From positions 46,436,774 through 46,497,379 of the forward strand of contig JASCQW010000122.1 in assembly GCA_030264375.1 (NCBI GenBank): 60,606 nucleotides of DNA, given 5' to 3'. The notes beneath the pieces are model-generated. The model had not been told where the DNA came from. It saw only the letters and a program-made list of their open reading frames with translations, and made no database searches. Of the stretch, positions 50,249 to 60,606 are shown in pieces (position 1 is the first letter of the stretch; the number at the start of each line of letters is the position of its first letter). The position numbers and the translations under genes are program-made. The stretch is from Carcharhinus longimanus. Taxonomy: Eukaryota.

Positions 50249-50850
50249 CGGCACGGCGGCACAGTGGTTAGCCCTGCTGCCTAACAGTGCCAAGGACCCG
50301 GGTTCAATTCCGGCCTCAGGTCACTATCTATGTGGATTTTGTACATTCTCCCCATGTTTGGAATTCTATGAGGATGTGACTAGTGCAGTAGACAGAGGGG
50401 AACCGGTGGATGTGGTGTTTCTCGATTTTCAGAANNNNNNNNNNNNNNNNNNNNNNNNNNNNNNNNNNNNNNNNNNNNNNNNNNNNNNNNNNNNNNNNNN
50501 NNNNNNNNNNNNNNNNNNNNNNNNNNNNNNNNNNATCTTATTGAATGGTGGGGCAGGCTCGAAGGGCTAGATGGCCTACTCCTGCTCCTATTTCTTATGT
50601 TCTTATGTCTCCGTGGGTTTCCTCCAGGTGCTCCGGTTTCCTCCCACAATCCCGAGATGTGCAGGTTAGGTGGATTGGCCGTGCTAAATTCTCCCTTAGT
50701 ATCAGGGAACGAGCTAGGGTAAATGCATGGGCTTGTGGGGTTAGGAACTGGGCGGGCTTGTGGGGTTAGGAACTGGGCGGGATTGTGGTCAGTGCTGACC
50801 CAATGGGCTGAATGGCCTCCTTCTGCACTGTAGGGATTCTATGATTCCAT
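50249..50850 (+). mobile_element. HE1-type SINE interrupted by a CR1 fragment (50358-50605, spanning a gap)
   Basis: SINE head 50249-50356 resumes at about 50606. The insert encodes EFYEDVTSAVDRGEPVDVVFLDFQ and ends in a CR1 tail. Confidence 0.8.
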
Positions 50851-51510
50851 GAATCCTTAGGTGATGATCAATAGCCACTCTAGGAAGGTCTCTGCAAGTT
50901 TCTTCACAGAGTCACTTTCAGGTATTTGCTCATAATCCTAATGTTGGTACCTCTGAATTGTAGAATGTATGACAAACTGGTTAGGCTAAAGGAAGTCTAT
51001 GGGAGCTTTATGAGTCAATATTACATGGGAGCACCAATGATGTGGCTCTGTAAAATTGCCCATACAAAGCCCATTTTGTTGAGCATTAGTTAGCTGACTA
51101 AGCACTCAATACGATGCACACATTTCCACATGGATATTCCCCAATGAGTCATATTGGGAAAGGGAAGAATTAGGCATCTATCCCCCATGCCTGAAGCAGG
51201 CATTGAGCTCTTCATATATTGAAATAAGTAGACTAATGCTAGCTTCAGGTCTGATTTCCAAGACTGAGTTAGCTCGTGTAGGAAGTGTCTCAGACTGCCC
51301 ACACTCAAAAGTTTCTGAGCTTGAGGAGCACCTGGCATCACCAAGGAACTTAATTTTGTAGAGCACTTGCCAACGAAGAAGTCAACTACTGTACCTAAAC
51401 ATTAGAAATGTGTATTTGGAAAATTATCATCCACATTTATGACTAATTAAATGCAATCCAATGATCAACTTAAGTGAGAAACAAAAAGAAATTCCATCAT
51501 CTTGACTTAC

Positions 51511-51651
51511 TTCTTGAAGGAACCCTCAGATTTGACCTGAAGAACAGCAATGAATCTGCCTGGATTCTAATTTCATAGTCTTTTATGGATTCATAATCCA
51601 ACGTTTTATTTGTTGTAATGACTCCTGTCCGATTGTTGATCTTAAATACAC
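51511..51651 (-). CDS. PCDH15: Protocadherin-15 exon (C-terminal half of EC10), 141 nt
   Basis: TTTTCAG|GT GTA TTT AAG... to ...CCT TCA AGA A|GTAAG. Translates GVFKINNRTGVITTNKTLDYESIKDYEIRIQADSLLFFRSNLRVPSR, with the cadherin LDYE motif and the PCDH15-specific NLRVPS loop. Phase 1 to 1. Confidence 0.96.
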
Positions 51652-51858
51652 CTGAAAATGGAAATGCTTAAAATGTTATTTACACAAGAACACAGCAGCA
51701 GATTTTAATAACTTGAATTATTTTTGATTTGTTTTAAGAATGAGAAACGTATCATTGGAGCACATTCAAATTCTCAAGCTTTTATCATCAAGTGCTCGAA
51801 GGTCAGTAATGCTGCACGATAAGAGAACAGGAGGAAGCCAGTGAGTGTAAAGTGAGGA

Positions 51859-52081
51859 TGTGGAGATGTCAATATTGGACTGGGGTAGGTACAGTAAGAA
51901 GTCCCACAACACCAGGTTAAAGTCCAATGGGTTTATTTGGCAGCATGAGTTTTTGGAGCGCTGCCCCGTCATCAGATGAGCGAAGAGTTGGGTTTACCTG
52001 ATGACGGGGCAGTGCTCCGAAAGCTCGTGCTACCAAATAAACCTGTTGGACTTTAAACTGGTGGTGTGAGATTTCTTATCA
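51859..52081. mobile_element. Penelope-derived inverted-repeat insertion (copy D)
   Basis: Inverted arms. TSD taaagtgagga at 51848-51858 and 52082-52092. Confidence 0.85.
51995..52029 (+). ncRNA. Minimal type I hammerhead ribozyme motif
   Basis: UAC-CUGAUGA-C-GGGGC-AGU-GCUCC-GAAAGCUC-GUG; stem I is only 3 bp. Confidence 0.55.
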
Positions 52082-52599
52082 TAAAGTGAGGAGAAGGGAT
52101 CTGGGGGCAGGATTCCAATATAACAGACCTACTTGCAGTGGAGAACCAGCAGAGTGTCAGGAGCCTTGTTGTCATTGAAGCCACTTTTGCAGTGGTTCCT
52201 GAACTCAGCCATGGCATTAACATCCCAGTTCCAGGTTTCCTGATTAATTGCAAAGTGTGGGCGTGCTAACAGCTTGTGTCTGTCAAAGGAAGGATTTCTG
52301 GTTAAAGGATCAAGGGCAGGGACAGAGTGGCTGAACTGTGCATTGTCTCCTGAGGCTTTGGCAACCACAAGTATAGAAAGGGAATATAGGAAGGCCATCC
52401 CTGGGTCGCTAACTCTTTCCTGGAAGTTCTGCTGTGGGGCTTGAGATTCTGCAACGAAATGCTGTTCCCCATCGACAAGGGAAATATTCCAGTCTTTCAA
52501 ATCAGGCAGATATGGACAAAATTGGCCAGGAAAGTGAGCAGCACAATCTAGTCCTTTGAACTTGCAGTGGCCCAAGAGGTTCAGCGTCTTCAACAGGGT

Positions 52600-53340
52600 A
52601 GGAAAGGTCAGCTGCATCCTAGTTTCATTAGCCAACCTCCACACTCTGACATCTCCAGCATTCTTTTGCACATCACTTCTGAAATCAACTCAACTTGCTT
52701 CTGCACTCATGCCTCCCTCTTCTGGCGCATCCTCATCTGAACAGCCAACACTCACATTCACTTTCACCTTCCTGACATCTCGCACACATGCCTCAAACTC
52801 ATTTTCCAAAGTTAGTGCCATTCTCTCCTCTCCACACAATCCATTTCTCAGAGTCACAGGATCTTCCGGTCCCACCAAAGCCAAAGGACATTTGAACAGT
52901 TCGCCACATTTTCTGGCTCATCCCTGCAGCGATATGCTGTAAAAACACACCCTCTGTTTTTTTGTCTCTGCAGGAAAAAGTGCACAACTCCAGGGAGAGG
53001 TAGAAAATGAAGAATGATCCTCAGTGATAGCCATGTTGACGGCCACTGGCAATGCTTGCTGAGCATTTGCTCAAGGAGATGGCAGCTATCAACAACAGCC
53101 TGCGTGAGCCTCTTGCGTGACTACTGCACTCAAATGTCCAGAAAGCGGAAACTGCACTTGTAAATGCTGTGTTGGGGGTATTGCCTCCCTCAAGCTGGAT
53201 CTCTGTGTCAATTCTCTCTGTCCTGTGGGCAGGCATGGTGTTGAGGAGAAGGTGTTGCTCCTGTTGCCCCTGGTGTTGTTGCTACTCCTCCCATTGTGCT
53301 TCACCAGATGTCCATGGTGCGGTTGTATTAGCAGCTCCTA
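52600..53340 (-). mobile_element. Decayed PIF/Harbinger-type transposase remnant
   Basis: Frameshifted RRQYPQHSIYK...FLDI...RKRL...AVVDSCHLLEQ...ALPVAV, resembling the HARBI1-type N-terminus, followed by an acidic C-terminal-like stretch. Confidence 0.45.
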
Positions 53341-54689
53341 AGGTGCAGTGAAGACTGACAGCAGTGAAGATCAGATGAAATGGCATCCAGAAAGTTGAAA
53401 GTCACCTTAGAAGCAGCAAAATCTTGCTTAATGAACAAGTCCTGTGAGTATATATATTTCACACAGGCAACCCAGCAGCTTTCAGTTTCACTGTTTTAAG
53501 GCTTTTCAGTGAACACTGATTTCCTGCTGCGCTCTTGCCTTGTCGACCCCTATGAGTTTTATACATTATGGGAAGTCCGTGTGCTAGCTGCTAAAATACT
53601 GGGTTAAATTCACAGCTAACTGCCTATTTAAATACTGACAGTACTTTCTGACAACTCCAAGGGAGTTTCTCACACACCTCGAAACATGCATCTGTTGAAG
53701 CTGGAGGTGGGCAGGATCATGATGGAGCTTCTGATCCAATGCTACTTTTTGTGGTTTTAAGTGAGTATAAAAGTTCTCCTGGCTGGTCAAACTAAAGCTC
53801 AGAGTTTCCGAGCTCAAACAGTGGCTGATGGCACTGAAGGACGTGTGAAAGACTGACGGTTTCTTGGATTGCACGTTCTGAGATGTGGTCACGCCACAGC
53901 TATGGACAGTAAGCATGTGGCCATTCAGCACATTTGGAAGAACAGGCAGATGACATCTACGCAGCTATCTTCCACGGCGACTGGCACTCACACACCAGCT
54001 TTCAGTGCTGAATTTTGGGGGGAGCGGACAATGTAGTTTAGAACAAATAAAAGCACCACTGGGCAAATGACTGCAGAGGGGCCACAGCAGAGTGTAAAAA
54101 TTCACTGGCCATGGAAGATTTGATTGTCAGAAGGACAGGTGCTTCTGCAGTCCCCTTCATGAATCTCACAATTTGCATTATATCGGTGGGTAAAGAATGT
54201 CACAGAATGGGTGCAGAACATCCTGCTGGGGAGCAGCTAGGAGCAGTTAGGTGTCAGGGTCCATTTAGAAACTGACATGAGAAAGAAAAGGGCTGATGTT
54301 CTCAGATAGAGTTTCAGGATTGAGGGAAGAATCTAGAGAGCAGGGCTGCAAAGATAGTAATTGTTGGGAGTACTCCCAGTGCTACATACCAGTGGGTACA
54401 GGAAATAAAAGACAAGGCAGGATGAATCTAGACAAGGAAAGCTGGTTGCATCTCAACAAGGCTAGGATCAATGTCCTCTCATTAATGTGGAAGAAGGTTT
54501 AGAGTATTTAATATGGGAGAATCACCAGGATTAAGCAGCAAAAAAGAGAAACAAGATACACAAAGGACTAGGAGGGGCAAACAGCATTACAATAAAGAGC
54601 AGACCAGAAATAGAACGGACAAACAGGGCAGAATAAGGTGGGTTTGGAGTACATGTTGTCAAACACATGCATCATGACAAATAAGTTAC

Positions 54690-55192
54690 ATGCGCTTCAG
54701 GAAAATTATCCCATGGGAAACTGTTCCCCTTTGTAAAAAGATCAACAAAGTCAGGGTACAGATTTAAGTGATTTGCAAAAGGAGCAAAAAATGATGTGTG
54801 AAAACAGTTTTTCACACAATGAATGGTTCGTGTCTGGAATGCAGTGTCTGGAAGTATAGTGGAGGCAAGTTCAATCGAGGCATTCAAAAGGGAATGAGAT
54901 GATTACTTGAACAGAAATGATGTGCAGTGGTACAGGGAAAAGGCAGGGGGATGACACTAAGTCATAATGCTCATTTGCAGNNNNNNNNNNNNNNNNNNNN
55001 NNNNNNNNNNNNNNNNNNNNNNNNNNNNNNNNNNNNNNNNNNNNNNNNNNNNNNNNNNNNNNNNNNNNNNNNNNNNNNNNCAGGGAAAAGGCAGGGGGAT
55101 GACACTAAGTCATAATGCTCATTTGCAGAGCCAGTGCAGACATGACAGTCCAAATGGCCTCTTTCTGCAGTGTAACAATTCTCTGATTCTAC
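54690..55192 (+). mobile_element. CR1/HER1-like 3' fragment
   Basis: FFTQ.MVRVWNAV.GSIVEASSIEAFK motif and tail. Confidence 0.75.
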
Positions 55193-56344
55193 AATAGGCT
55201 GGTAAATTGGTGCCAATTAGAAATGAATCATATGATGAAGCCTCTTAGCTGTGAATGCCACCATTACTAAATAATAGATTGTGGGGGTCTGCAGTGGTGC
55301 AGTGATCAGGAGTAAAAACCTTGATGTGTTTCCCTGGAGTGCCAAGATAAATTGTAGCATCCAACACACAACCCCAAACTAAGATCATCCAATTTACTGG
55401 AATCCTCTTGTTACATCTCTACTATTTACTGCCATTACCAGATTGGACTGTGCACTATCATGAAAGATTATGTTTTGCATTCCGGCTCAAGAAAAAGTCA
55501 CTCTATTTATGCACACAACCGATCTATGCTCTGACTCAGGAATGTTCCCTTGAGATTATTATGCTACTTATTCCCAGAACCTATTACCTATCAAAATGAG
55601 ATAGGATTGCTTATCGAAAGTACAGTAGTGTTTTTTGTCTTCACTGTCTGTGCAGTAATACAGCAGAGCAATTAGCCTGCTTATTGTAGAATATGGCCCA
55701 CATCACTGCACCCGTTTCCTCCAACCCACCAACTCTCAATTTTCATTGAATTTAAATCAAATTTGGGTCAATTTGATATTCGCTGGAAGGGAAAAGGGTG
55801 GGGGGCGGGGGGGTCCGTGAAGATTAAAAATGTCCCAATGTATTTAAATATTGAAGTAAAGACAACTGGTGTATTCAACCTAAACTCCTAATTGGCGGGA
55901 GATACGATCAAAGGTCAGCAGAGAAACAAAATCGGTGGAAATGCACAGGAGTAAGCATTCATTACCATCATGTGGGCTACAAGCTGTGAAGCAGGTTCCC
56001 CATTAGCTCAATGTTCATGCCATTCATTTCAATGGAAAGAAAACTGATCAGAATGGCAGAGGCAGAAGTAAATAGCAACAGTAAATAGCAAAATTGGCCA
56101 TTATTGCAAGTCACTTACGAATCTGATGCAAAAGATAGATTAGTCCAAAATTCAATGCTTCTGAGTCTTGTATCAGATTTAGAAAAACCTATAAATTATT
56201 AATGCTGCTTTGTTTAATTTGTTTTTTTATATATGTTTCTGTGCAATTGGAATGTTACAATTTGTGGAACACATTAAACATTGGTATATACGTATGATGG
56301 ATAACTTTATTAGAGGAATAGTGCCATTTAGTGCCATTGCGGGG

Positions 56345-56772
56345 GCTTCTTCACAAAGAGAGTGGTGGGAGTGTGGAATGAGCTGCCAGATAAGGTGGTA
56401 AATGCAGGGTCACTTTTAACATTTAAGAAAAACTTGGACAGATACATGGATGAGAGGGGTGTGGAGGGATATGGTCCAGGTGCAGGTCAGTGGGACTAGG
56501 CAGAAAAATGNNNNNNNNNNNNNNNNNNNNNNNNNNNNNNNNNNNNNNNNNNNNNNNNNNNNNNNNNNNNNNNNNNNNNNNNNNNNNNNNNNNNNNNNNN
56601 NNNNNNNNNNTCACTTTTAACATTTAAGAAAAACTTGGACAGATACATGGATGAGAGGGGTGTGGAGGGATATGGTCCAAGTGCAGGCCAGTGGGACTAG
56701 GGAAAAAATGGTTTGGCTCAGACAAGAAGGGCCAAAAGGCCTGTTTCTGAGCTGTAATTTTCCATGGTTCTG
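56345..56772 (+). mobile_element. CR1/HER1-like 3' fragment (duplicated across a gap)
   Basis: FSQRVVGVWNELPDKVVNAG motif. Confidence 0.75.
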
Positions 56773-56998
56773 AATTGGGACAGAAGAAAACCACACAAAT
56801 GTTTTAAATGTAATGCACTATTAAAATACTCCTTTAAAGCCATATATAAGAGCAGATCACGTAGCACTATTAACTGTGCACATGTACCCATATGAATGCA
56901 CGTTTAAGATATAGCATTGGAACTGAATTAGAACTAAAAAATTAGATCTTTAGGGCATTTCAGTTGCCTACATTTTAGATGTGGCCAATGAGAAAATT

Positions 56999-57036
56999 GT
57001 CATGATGGCCGAGTGGTCTAAGGTGCCAGATTTAAG
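56999..57036 (+). pseudogene. tRNA-Leu(CAA-type) 5'-half fragment
   Basis: gtcatgatggccgagtggtctaaggtgccagatttaag versus GTCAGGATGGCCGAGTGGTCTAAGGCGCCAGACTCAAG. No T-arm or 3' half follows. Confidence 0.7.
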
Positions 57037-58099
57037 CAGTATGGCAGCTTCCTTGAACTTAAAAGAGGCCAATGATTACTCATAGCCTCTTCTCTACCTG
57101 AGTCAGAATCTGTGGCAGTGAGTTAACAGAATAAAATGAATTGGTTAGGAAGCAAATCGGAGGCAATTCTCCATGCAACTGCATTCTATGATTTTGCGGA
57201 GAAAGAACACACTAATCGTTAGAGTTGGATTGTTAGACAATGACTGTCTCCAACAAGAAAGAACCTGACTATTTCCCCTTGATATTCAATGATACCATCA
57301 TCAATGAATCTCCCTCTATCCACACCCTACAGCCCACTAATGGCTAGAAATATAACTACATCGGTCACATAAAAACTTTGGCCATAAGAACAAGTCAGAT
57401 GTTGGGAATTCTGTGCTGTGTATCTACCATCCTGACTCCCCAAAGCCCTTCCACAACCCAGAAAGCACAAGTCAGAAGTTTGGTGGAATACTCACCAATT
57501 GCCAGGATGAGTGCACTCTGACAACACTCAAGAAATTCCATCCATCCCCTTAGCATTCACTGGTACATAATGGCAACAGTGTGTACCATCTTCAAGATGC
57601 ACTGCAGCAAAACGCCAAGTCTCCTTGCACTGCACCAACCACCAGAAGAACAAGGGCAGAATGTGCACAGAAACACCACCACCTACCAATTCACACACCA
57701 CCCTGACTTGGAAATATATCTGTCATTGTCACTACATCAAAATCTTGGAATTCCCTCTCTAACAACACTTTTGGTGTATCTCTGTATTATATGGACCGCA
57801 GTGGTCCAATAACTTCTCGAGGGTATTTATTGATGGTCGGCAAATGTTAGCCAATGATGCTTGTACCCCAAGAATTAATTTAAAAAAATAAGTAGTGAGA
57901 AGAGGAAGGAGTGTTTGTTAAAACAGTTGTGTAGATGACAAGCAAACCACTGGGAGTACATGGAAAGAGTCAATGCTGTACATTATACACTAGGTAAATG
58001 AACGCAGGTTTGATGTCTAAAATCCAGCAACCTCCTAAATAAGGCCATGCAGGGTTTTTGATTTTCCTGCATTTTAGATTGCCGCCATTAGATTGAGGG

Positions 58100-58478
58100 G
58101 TGGAGACGATGACCTAGTGGTATCATCACTAGACTATTAATTACTGGCCACTGGCCTATTAATCCAGAAACTCAGCTAATGCGCTGGGGACCCAGGTTTG
58201 AATCCCACCATGGCAGATGGTGAAATTTGAAAAATATCTGGGTTTCAGAATCTACTGATGGTCATGAAACCTTTGTTGATTGTTGGGAAATCCCATCTGG
58301 TTCACTCATGTCCTTCAAGGAAGGATATCTGCTGTTCTTACCTGGTTCGGCCAACATGTGACTCCAGAGCCGCAGCAATGTAGTTGACTCTCAACTAGCC
58401 TTTGAACAAGGGCAACTAGGGATGGGAAATAAATGCTGGCCAGCCAATAATGCTCATGTCCCATGAATGAGTGAAAAA
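58100..58478 (+). mobile_element. SacSINE1-like SINE
   Basis: Same head, core and tail as 41358-41740. Confidence 0.75.
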
Positions 58479-59181
58479 AGACTTGTTTTCTGTTGTCACA
58501 AAGTGAGGACTGAGATTGGATCTGGAATTGTTAAAGCTGGTTTGCTGTTGTCTCATTGCTGTTTAGCAGAATCTCACCCCTGCTCCCGTGACATCTTCAC
58601 TGGGACATGGTGAAAATACATACAGGTAGAACGCAGTTTTGTTAGAAGGAATCAATTGACCCAGTTTGCAGGACATGTAACGCGGCTCTGTCACCCTGAC
58701 CCTGTAGCAGTGAGTTCTTCAAGGTGCAGAACCTCATGGAGGAAATCCTGACTCCATTCCATTGGTGGGACAGGTATCTTTGTATCTGGAGAATAGTGAG
58801 GGCCAGGAGAGGCAGGTCTTAAAAGCTCTGCAATGAACTCAGGTCTAAGTGTGTGCAAAACTCTTGGTGATTCCATCCACTGGGATCAGCCTCAGAATGG
58901 CTTTTTCTTTCCTGTGCTCACTATGTTCAGGGAGTGAGGCCCAGATCTCTGGAGAGAAAACTATCCGCTTTCAGCAAGTTGGATTTTGGATAATGCCCCT
59001 GTACATAAGAAATGTGTTAAAACATGTATTTCTGGTAAAAATAAACCTTTGATAATGTGGTTTACTATCTTCTAACTTTGCGGTCTTATGCTCAGTTTAT
59101 ATTTTGTTTAATTCAATTCTATATATATATAAATATTTCACATTTATACACAAAATTATCCACCTCAAAAAATGTTCTTAC

Positions 59182-59291
59182 CACCATCATTTCCGGCTAT
59201 AATTGAATACACTATAGTTTGATTGATAGCAGCTGCAGTTACAGTGACAACTACAGTTCCTATTGGAGCACTTTCACTTACAGGTGAAGGC
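59182..59291 (-). CDS. PCDH15: Protocadherin-15 internal exon (N-terminal half of EC10), 110 nt
   Basis: TTTCAG|G CCT TCA CCT... to ...GAT GGT G|GTAAG. Translates (R)[36 protein letters not shown], matching PCDH15 'PPPVSELA...SAAAINQSIVYSIVSGN'. Phase 2 to 1. Confidence 0.96.
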
Positions 59292-59609
59292 CTGAAAGAC
59301 AAGAAAAATGTTCTAATTTGAGCAATGTAGCAACAAATCAATGAAAAGCACACAAAATTTTTTAACAACTGAAGTCGAACATTTATTATTAAACATTAGA
59401 AATGCTCAGCAATATATTAGGTGTGTGCGCTCACTTAGGTCTTTTACCAGAACAGGTTGATACATTGCACACTCATTGATCTGCAAGTTCAAATCACTTT
59501 CAACTCCAAAAGAATTTCACATCAAAGTGCTGCATAAAGTGAAACCTTACTCATTTTTATAGGCTGTGCTGGTGCGTAGCTTGACTTTGTCAATGGGGAG
59601 AAGATTTGG

Positions 59610-59888
59610 GGGAGCATGCTGGAACAGTGGTTAGCACTGCTGCCTCACGGTGCCAGAGACCTGGGTTCGATTCCTGGCTTGGGGTACTGTCTGTGTGGAG
59701 TTTGCATGTTCTCCCCATGTCTGCGTGGGTTTCCTGCGGGTGCTCTAGTTTCCTCCCACACTCCAAAAGATGTGCGGGTTAGGTGGATTGGCCCTGCTAA
59801 TTGCCCCTTAGTGTCAGGGGGACTAGGTAGAGTAAATGCATGGGGTTATGGGATTGTGCAGGCCTCCTTCTGCACTGTAGGATTCTAT
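59610..59888 (+). mobile_element. HE1-type SINE
   Basis: Head gggagcatgctggaacagtggttagcactgctgcctcacgg through the tail. Confidence 0.85.
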
Positions 59889-60054
59889 ATATTCAAAATT
59901 TGCATTTCTTTATTCTTTTAAAACTATTAGATTTCACAGTGGTTACATAAGATGGGGGAGTGAATAAAGGATCAGTGCTTATCACACACCCAACCTGATT
60001 TGGAAAAAGCAGGCTGGGGTATACTGGGAAGCAGATTTTAAATTCCTCTTATCT

Positions 60055-60400
60055 TAGAAAGTACAGAGAATCAGAGGGGCCTGGGGTGTATATCCATAGA
60101 TCCCTGAAGGCAGGAGGACAGGCAGATAAGTCGGTTAAGAAGGAATATGGGATACTTGAATTATTAGCTGAGGTATATAACGTAAGAGCAGGAAGATTAT
60201 GACAGAGCTATAAAAGACGCTCATTAGGCCACATTTAGAGTACTGCATGCAGTTCTGGTCACCACACTGTAGGAAGGATGTGACTGCACTAGAGAGGGTG
60301 CAGAGGAGATCCACCAAGATGTTGACTGGGCTGGAGTGTTTCAGCTATGAAGAGAGTTTGGTTAGGCTGGGCTTGTTTTCCTTGTAGCAGAGAAGGATGA
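60055..60400 (+). mobile_element. CR1/HER1-like LINE fragment
   Basis: [32 protein letters not shown]. Confidence 0.85.
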
Positions 60401-60412
60401 AGGGGCGGGGGG

Positions 60413-60606
60413 AACATGAGAACTAGGAGCAGGGTAGTCCATCCGGCCCCTCGAGCATGCTCCATCATTCAATATGATCCAGGCTGATCTTTTCGTGGAC
60501 TCAGCTCCACTTACCCACCCGCTCACCGTAACCCTTAATTCGTTTACTGTTCAAAAATTTACTATCCTTGCCTTAAAAACATTCAATGAGGTATCTCAGT
60601 TGCTTC
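60413..60606 (-). mobile_element. CR1/HER1-like 3' tail
   Basis: Reverse-complement tail gaacatgagaactaggagcagg... Confidence 0.7.

Noticed and set aside
54933-55128. 48-nt exact direct repeat on both sides of a 100-N gap
   Set aside because: Typical overlapping contig ends left unmerged, not a biological duplication.
56410-56711. Roughly 100-nt near-identical repeat flanking a 100-N gap
   Set aside because: Most likely haplotype or contig overlap within a CR1 tail.

Overview
Vertebrate genomic DNA, almost certainly from a shark: it carries HE1-type SINEs, CR1/HER1 and L2 LINE debris, and Penelope-type repeats. It is a draft assembly with many N gaps. The window lies inside protocadherin-15 (PCDH15) on the minus strand. 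Eight coding exons (59291 down to 7358) splice in frame with GT-AG boundaries and encode EC10, EC11, the membrane-adjacent MAD12/SEA-like domain, the transmembrane helix and a 9-nt microexon. The introns are mostly old transposon fragments. Main oddities: (1) an intact, frame-compatible 120-nt exon of the mitochondrial dicarboxylate carrier SLC25A10, with both splice sites, stranded in a PCDH15 intron on the same strand; (2) five short Penelope-derived inverted-repeat insertions, three with clear target-site duplications and three retaining an intact-looking minimal hammerhead ribozyme core, one of which has captured a copy of DNA lying about 1 kb away; (3) a 5S rRNA copy fused directly to an HE1 SINE; (4) a possible decayed retroviral gag-like coiled-coil ORF. 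Homology calls come from recognising motifs by eye; no database searches were run.
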